Source: Armatimonadota bacterium (GTDB lineage: Bacteria; Armatimonadota; Armatimonadia; Armatimonadales; Armatimonadaceae). Taken from it: DNA of 30,836 bases. Where the stretch lies: assembly GCA_043754515.1 (NCBI GenBank), contig JAYUUO010000201.1:1-30836 (forward strand), read 5' to 3'. Position numbers and translations under genes: made by a program. The notes below the pieces were generated by a model. That model had not been told where the DNA came from. It made no database searches and saw only the letters and a list, made by a program, of their open reading frames with translations. Positions 25,893 through 30,836 of the stretch are shown here, piece after piece (the stretch's first letter is position 1; every line of letters starts with the position of its first letter).

Positions 25893-26573
25893 TTACCGCG
25901 CTTCACCGTCACGTGCCGTCGCCACGCGCTCGGCGGATCTGTTCGCGATCAGGAGCAGTGCGAACGCGACGGCAATGGCGAGGAGCGCGAGCCTTCCCGC
26001 CCCGGCACTATCGCCGCGTTCCATCGCGGAGTATAGCGCGAGCGGCAACGTCTCGGTTTCGCCGGGAATGCTACCCGCGACGAATAGCGTCGCCCCAAAC
26101 TCGCTGAAGGCGCGGGCGAAGCCGAGTACTGCGCCGACGAACAGTCCGCGGTGCGCGAGGGGGAGCAGAATCCCGGTGAAAACTTGCCACTCGGTCGCGC
26201 CTTCGGTACGAGCGGCGTCTAGCAGGGCGTTATCCACGCCGCGTATGCCCACCTCGGCGGCGCGAATAATTAGTGGGAGCGCGACGACTCCGGAGGCAAC
26301 CGCCGCGCCCTGCCAGGTGAACAGGAGGCTGATATGAAGGGCGTCGTTCACCCACCGGCCCACCGTCGAGCCGCGCCCGAGGAGCAAAATCAGCCCGACC
26401 CCGATTGCGGAGGGCGGCAGGATCAGCGGGAGCGTCAGCAGTGTTTCGACAAGGGTGTGTACCCACCCGACCCGCGCCCGCGCCAACCGCCACGCTAAAA
26501 ACACCGCGAGCGGGAACGTACAGAGTAACGCCACGGTCGCGACGCGCAAAGACAATAAGAGCGGGGGAAGCAT
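25893..26573 (-). CDS. modB: Molybdate ABC transporter permease
   Basis: LSLRVA, LPLILPP, LLFTWQGA, EAA loop, FARAFSEFGAT...GSIPGETETLPLA. Confidence 0.93.
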   Translation of the reverse strand: MLPPLLLSLRVATVALLCTFPLAVFLAWRLARARVGWVHTLVETLLTLPLILPPSAIGVGLILLLGRGSTVGRWVNDALHISLLFTWQGAAVASGVVALPLIIRAAEVGIRGVDNALLDAARTEGATEWQVFTGILLPLAHRGLFVGAVLGFARAFSEFGATLFVAGSIPGETETLPLALYSAMERGDSAGAGRLALLAIAVAFALLLIANRSAERVATARDGEAR

Positions 26574-26698
26574 GATCGCGGGCGATCCGAAGGGCTAACC
26601 ATTCACGCTTGTCGCACGGCTGCGCGGATCATCACAGTTTCAGTGTACCCGATCCTGGCGTCGCTAACGGGAGAATAAAGTCTTGGAAGTAGAGATAC

Positions 26699-28684
26699 TC
26701 AGCGGCTGGCTTGCAGATCACGCTCCGAAACGATCTTCCACCCGTCGCCAATGAGCCGCCACCGCAGTTCCTGAGTCACTGTCCCGCGACGTGTGCCGTG
26801 CCCGCCCCGAATTAAATATCGCTTTTGGAACCGCATCTCGGCACGCTGCCCGTCCGGACTGATCGCGATCTCCGTCCCGCTCGCGTTCAGCTCCACTTGG
26901 CTGGCATCTCCGAACACGCGCTCCTTATCCGTGCGCACCGCGCGACGCGAAACATTTCTGTTACCATAATAGCTCTCCAAACTTGCGGGATAGAACCCTA
27001 TCTGCTCCCCAATGTCGCGCGCGTTTGTAGCGGCGATCCACATCTTGAGCAGATCACGCAGTTCAGCGTCGGTGTCATCGCGTGATGGCACCACCGCTCC
27101 CTCGGGAGGACCCGAAGTCGCCTTGCCTACCTCCACGACGGGAACGGTATGGTTCGCATCCGGCGGAACAGGACGGCTCACCTCTGGTGCGGGCGAGGCG
27201 ACTGTCTCGGCGGTACGCGTAGGCATGGGGCGCGGTGCCGGAGTAGTTACGGGTGTCGGCATGGCCGCGATCACCTGACTGTTGGTTCGGACCACTGTTT
27301 GTTGCCCGCTACCCACCTCCGTAGTCCCCAGGTTAGATGCAGGTTGGGGTGTAGGAGTGGCTTGTCCCGTGGGCGCGGTTTGTGGCTCCGCGACGACCAC
27401 CGTCGCTCCCGGCGATGCCGCCCGGTGCCGCCTCGACAGCCGGAGAACTGGGGTAGGCGTGGGCGGTGGGAGGATCGGCTTGACAGCGACGACCGTCCGA
27501 GGACGTAGACTGACCCGGAGCCGCCCGTGCCGGGGAGCGGCGGGGGAGGGGGGCGCGATGCGCGGAGGGGGGGGCGATGACAGAGGCGACGCGGCCAACG
27601 CATCTAGTTCCGGCAACGAATCGGAGGCAGATTTGTAGACCAGAGTGTCACGCGATCCCAATCCCCGCACCAAGTTATGTGATGCAAGAAGGGACGCGCC
27701 CCCGAGTGCGAACAGCGCGATTACCGTTGCCGCTACCTGCCACATGGGTATGAGGCGGCGCGGCGCACGTGGTTGCGCCGCATTCGGCTCGGGCACCATG
27801 TCACCTCCGGCGGATATGTTTACGGCTAAAGGTGGCCCTGTCCAAGCTGATTGACTCGGCACCGTCGCCGACTCGGACAGGGTAGATCGGAAGGCATCAG
27901 CGAGCGCGTGGGGGGACGGGAACCGTCGTTCCGGGGTTTTGTCGAGTGCCTGTCTAAGGATGTCTGACACCTCGGCGGGGAACGACGGCGGGATGGTCGG
28001 CTCCTCGTGGACGATCTTATACAAAACGGATGGGACATTCTGCGCCTCGAACGGCAACCTGCCGATCAGCATTTGGTAAAGCAGAACGCCGAGTGCCCAC
28101 AGATCTGAGGCGGGAGTTGCCGACTCGCCGCGTGCTTGCTCCGGCGACATGTGCGACGGCGATCCGATCACACCGCCGTGCGAGGTGAGGGAAACATCAT
28201 CCTCTACATACGCGAGACCGAAGTCAGTCAGTTTAACCGCCGCGTCGGGGAGCACCATCACGTTGGACGGCTTCACGTCCCGGTGGGTAACGCCCCGCGC
28301 ATGTGCCGCCTCGAGACCCGCCGCCACTTGGTCCAGGATGTTAGCTGCTTGGCCGAATGGAAGGGGGCCATCCGCAAGTCGGTCACGCAGAGTCACCCCA
28401 TCCAAAAACTCCATCACGAGATAGTGAACACCGTCTTGTTCACCAACCACAAACACCTTTACCACGTTAGGGTGTGACACACGACCCACGGCGCGTGCCT
28501 CGCGTTGTAAGCGGCGCTTCAGTGCCTCGCTCTGCTCGGGTGAAAGGTTGGGCGGGACGCCCAGAACCTTGACCGCGACCGTGCGCCCGATACGTGTGTC
28601 TACTCCTTCGTAAACGACGGAGGCTTCGCCCCGCCCCGTCTCGCGCCTCAGTTTATAGGGTCCTAGCGTTTTTACAGTCTGCAT
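26699..28684 (-). CDS. Membrane Hanks-type Ser/Thr kinase with Pro/Thr-rich linker and C-terminal NTF2/SnoaL-like domain
   Basis: VAVK, HRDVKPSN, TDFGLA, MSPEQ, SDLWALG; TM segment WQVAATVIALFALGGASLL; C-terminal W.AA.NARD...Y...F.KRY...WKIVSE. Confidence 0.93.
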   Translation of the reverse strand: MQTVKTLGPYKLRRETGRGEASVVYEGVDTRIGRTVAVKVLGVPPNLSPEQSEALKRRLQREARAVGRVSHPNVVKVFVVGEQDGVHYLVMEFLDGVTLRDRLADGPLPFGQAANILDQVAAGLEAAHARGVTHRDVKPSNVMVLPDAAVKLTDFGLAYVEDDVSLTSHGGVIGSPSHMSPEQARGESATPASDLWALGVLLYQMLIGRLPFEAQNVPSVLYKIVHEEPTIPPSFPAEVSDILRQALDKTPERRFPSPHALADAFRSTLSESATVPSQSAWTGPPLAVNISAGGDMVPEPNAAQPRAPRRLIPMWQVAATVIALFALGGASLLASHNLVRGLGSRDTLVYKSASDSLPELDALAASPLSSPPPPRIAPPSPAAPRHGRLRVSLRPRTVVAVKPILPPPTPTPVLRLSRRHRAASPGATVVVAEPQTAPTGQATPTPQPASNLGTTEVGSGQQTVVRTNSQVIAAMPTPVTTPAPRPMPTRTAETVASPAPEVSRPVPPDANHTVPVVEVGKATSGPPEGAVVPSRDDTDAELRDLLKMWIAATNARDIGEQIGFYPASLESYYGNRNVSRRAVRTDKERVFGDASQVELNASGTEIAISPDGQRAEMRFQKRYLIRGGHGTRRGTVTQELRWRLIGDGWKIVSERDLQASR

Positions 28685-28945
28685 TTTTTCGGATTCTCGT
28701 TCGCGGGCGGCAGTTCTCTCCCCTCAAGTTACCCAACAGGAGGCGATGGGAAACGAAGTCCCGCGCCGCCAATCGTGTCTCCTTATCAACGATCCATGCG
28801 CCGTGAACGTGACGTCGGTACTACGTCCCGTGCTTCCTGTGGGAATCCGGGCCACTAAAAGGCCGGGGATCGTACCCCCGGCGGCGTCGCGTCACCGGAT
28901 TGCGGGTTCGTTCACGTTTCAGGTACAATAAGAGTCAGAGGCGGA

Positions 28946-29551
28946 ATGATGCTACACCGATATGACGCGGACGTATGGTCCGTTGCCGGGGCACTCACTC
29001 AGAGGGAGTGCGCGGAGTTCATCGCGCACGGGGGGGCGGCGGGTTTCGACGCGGTGATGGTTGCGCTAGCGGGTGGCGCACAGATGTGCACGGACTTGCG
29101 CAACAACGACCGGGCGACCGTGGACGACGAGATTTTAGCCGACACTCTCTGGGAGCGGATGCGGGAACACGCCCCCGCCGGGATAGATGGCTTCGTGGTG
29201 ACGCGGCTCAACCCACGCTTCTGATTTTACCGCTACGAGCCGGGACAACAGTTCAAGCGGCATCTGGACGGGCGCGTTCACCTCCCGACCGGTGAGGTAA
29301 GCCGCCTGACGCTACTGTTTTACTTGAATGACGGGTGTGAGGGCGGCGAAACAGTGTTCAGCGATTGGGGGTTTACAAAGGGCAAGTCCGTCAGCCCTTC
29401 GATCCGAATCACGCCCGCCGCCGGAACCGCTTTGTTCTTCACGCACGAGATATGGCACGAAGGGGCACAGGTGACGGTGGGGCGCAAATATGTCCTGCGC
29501 ACGGATGTTCTGTACGCGGGCGACGGGACCGTTTATCAAGGCGAGGGATAA
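28946..29551 (+). pseudogene. 2OG-Fe(II) oxygenase (prolyl 4-hydroxylase-like) with an in-frame TGA at 29222-29224
   Basis: One continuous frame reads ...RLNPRF*FYRYEPGQQFKRHLDG...LTLLFYLND..EGGET.F...HEIWHEG..V..G.KYVLRTD. The HxD...H...R motifs are intact; the stop is consistent with CGA(Arg) to TGA. Confidence 0.88.
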
Positions 29552-29631
29552 AGCCCGCGCCGTTCGGAGGGTGAGTATGCGTCCCGATCGCATCTAGTCC
29601 GCAGTACCGACCGTCGCGGGATCCAGGCGTC

Positions 29632-30560
29632 TCAGGGCATCCCCATCTCATCCATCGTCGCCGCGGCTAGCGCGCGGTCCTGAATCTTTTCCAGTTCCGC
29701 CACTTCGGTTGTAGACTCAACCCACTTGACGACTTCCGGGGGCGGCACCGAACTTTGCCGTGAGGATGCGCAGGCGCGAGTGCTGTTGCCCCCGCGACAG
29801 GCCCTGCGCGATGCCTTGCTCAAAGCCGATCTGTATCCCACGCTCTTCGTAAACCGAGATCATCTTCTTTATCTCTGCGTCGGGGCTGACTTCCGCCAGC
29901 CGGCGTTGAAAGTCGGCCTGTTCCGTCGCCGACTGAAATACGATGAAACGCTCGACCACGTTGACGAGTAGCGATTTTCGGGCGTCATCCGTCCGGGTTC
30001 GCGCTATGCGTACCAGTGCCTCGAACTTCTGCGCTACCCGCCCCGTTTTGCTTGTCTTCATCACCGGCGCGAGGAACGGCGCGAGCGGGTTGTCACGCTC
30101 CCGCCAATCGTCCGCCGACAGATCTGGTAGCCGGACCGCTTTACACCGGAACAAGAGCGGCGTCATCCCCAGTACCGACTCCGTGTATGTCCCCTCGACA
30201 AGACCACCCTCGCCGCCGGGCAGGTAGATCGCCAGCGGGAACACCGGTAGTTTTGTCCGGAGCCGGAGGAGCGCGTAGTACTCCCACATCCTATACGGGA
30301 AGTTGCCCCGCCGTAGTTTCTGTACGTCCACATGTATCAGGATCAGTTCCTACCCGCCATCACGCGCGTGAACTTCGGCTAGCAGGTCCACTTCGTGTCG
30401 CGCCCCTTCTGGCACGTCGGTCTGGCACGTCGGTGAACGCCTCGCCATCGCGGAACGAGACGCCGCGCGTGAAGCCCAGCCGCGCCGCCTCGACCGGGAA
30501 GAACAGTTCCATGAACTATGGGAAGAACGCCTGGAGCGGTTCCTTGAAAAGTTGATCCAA
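29632..30560 (-). pseudogene. Rpn/YhgA-like (PD-(D/E)xK, DUF4351-type) protein with multiple disruptions
   Basis: DQLFKE.LQAFFP*FMELFFP...FTDVPEG.RHEVDLLAEV...*ELILIHVDVQ...FPYRMWEYY...EERGIQIGFEQG. TAG stops at 30516-30518 and 30350-30352, a 13-bp duplication at 30408-30433, and a frameshift near 29740. Confidence 0.85.
30408..30433. repeat. 13-bp tandem duplication (TCTGGCACGTCGG x2)
   Basis: Seen directly. Removing one copy restores the Rpn-like reading frame. Confidence 0.9.
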
Positions 30561-30564
30561 ATGT

Positions 30565-30836
30565 CTATCCGCCTGTCTGCCGTGCCGCGAACTCCTCGGC
30601 GGTTAGCGAGCACCCTCGTAGTGCCGCTCCGGGTGCACGACCGAGCAAAACGAACCCTTCGCCATCCGGGTGCGCGTAGCCCCAATCCTCGGTCTGGATC
30701 GCCAGGCACGAGTTCAGGTTAGCCAAGTCGTAGTGGGCGAGGACGCCGGGTTCGCCACGATCCGCTTCCTGCTCCGAAACCGGGTTCATTACCCGCGTGC
30801 GCACCAGGTGCGGTAGCCCCATCTTTCGCGGCTCGC
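30565..30836 (-). CDS. 3' end of a LuxE-family acyl-protein synthetase-like gene (5' part outside the window)
   Basis: PHLVRTRVMNP...GEPG...DLANLNSC.AIQTED.G...F.LLGR......RGCSL is the LuxE-like C-terminal signature. Confidence 0.8.
   Translation of the reverse strand, partial: EPRKMGLPHLVRTRVMNPVSEQEADRGEPGVLAHYDLANLNSCLAIQTEDWGYAHPDGEGFVLLGRAPGAALRGCSLTAEEFAARQTGG

Noticed and set aside
29222..29224. In-frame TGA as selenocysteine or genetic-code reassignment
   Set aside because: The position corresponds to Arg in the R[FL]RFYRY motif, so CGA to TGA is the simple explanation. TGA terminates intact genes here (nfo, secretins 1 and 3), and Trp is encoded by TGG.
30350..30518. Two in-frame TAG codons as amber recoding or pyrrolysine
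   Set aside because: The same gene also has a frameshifting duplication and an indel, and TAG is a normal stop for other genes in the window.
30565..30836. Bioluminescence (lux) operon suggested by luxE-like and ribH genes
   Set aside because: LuxE-like synthetases are widespread outside luminous bacteria, no luxAB is visible, and ribH is 28 kb away in a housekeeping context.

Overview
GC-rich bacterial chromosomal window. The gene style (VPEA-type PEP-CTERM tail, Gfo/Idh/MocA pairs, scattered operons, lineage-type hypotheticals) suggests Armatimonadota, but that is inference. Intact housekeeping genes (ribH, nfo, queD, LOG, EamA, AraC regulator, M16 peptidase pair, two Gfo/Idh/MocA oxidoreductases, accB, modB, a Ser/Thr kinase, partial luxE) are interleaved with envelope and glycan accessory genes. 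The most striking element is an operon of three divergent, apparently translationally coupled secretin paralogs (8021/8066-13011). It has no other T2SS/T4P genes in the window, two of its genes appear to start at CTG, and it follows a PEP-CTERM gene and a perfect 21-bp palindrome. Also notable: a MalG-type sugar permease with three tandem GH42-like helical repeats in its periplasmic loop, a small standalone ParB/DGQHR-like protein, a secreted protein with an unknown domain plus fascin-like and PA14 domains behind a LacI-type operator, two hairpin-rich 5' leaders, and a phage HK97-gp10 fragment at the left edge. At least five accessory genes are broken (GH5, PEP-CTERM, GHL10-like, 2OG-Fe(II) oxygenase, Rpn-like) while core genes are intact. 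No rRNA, tRNA or CRISPR array was seen.
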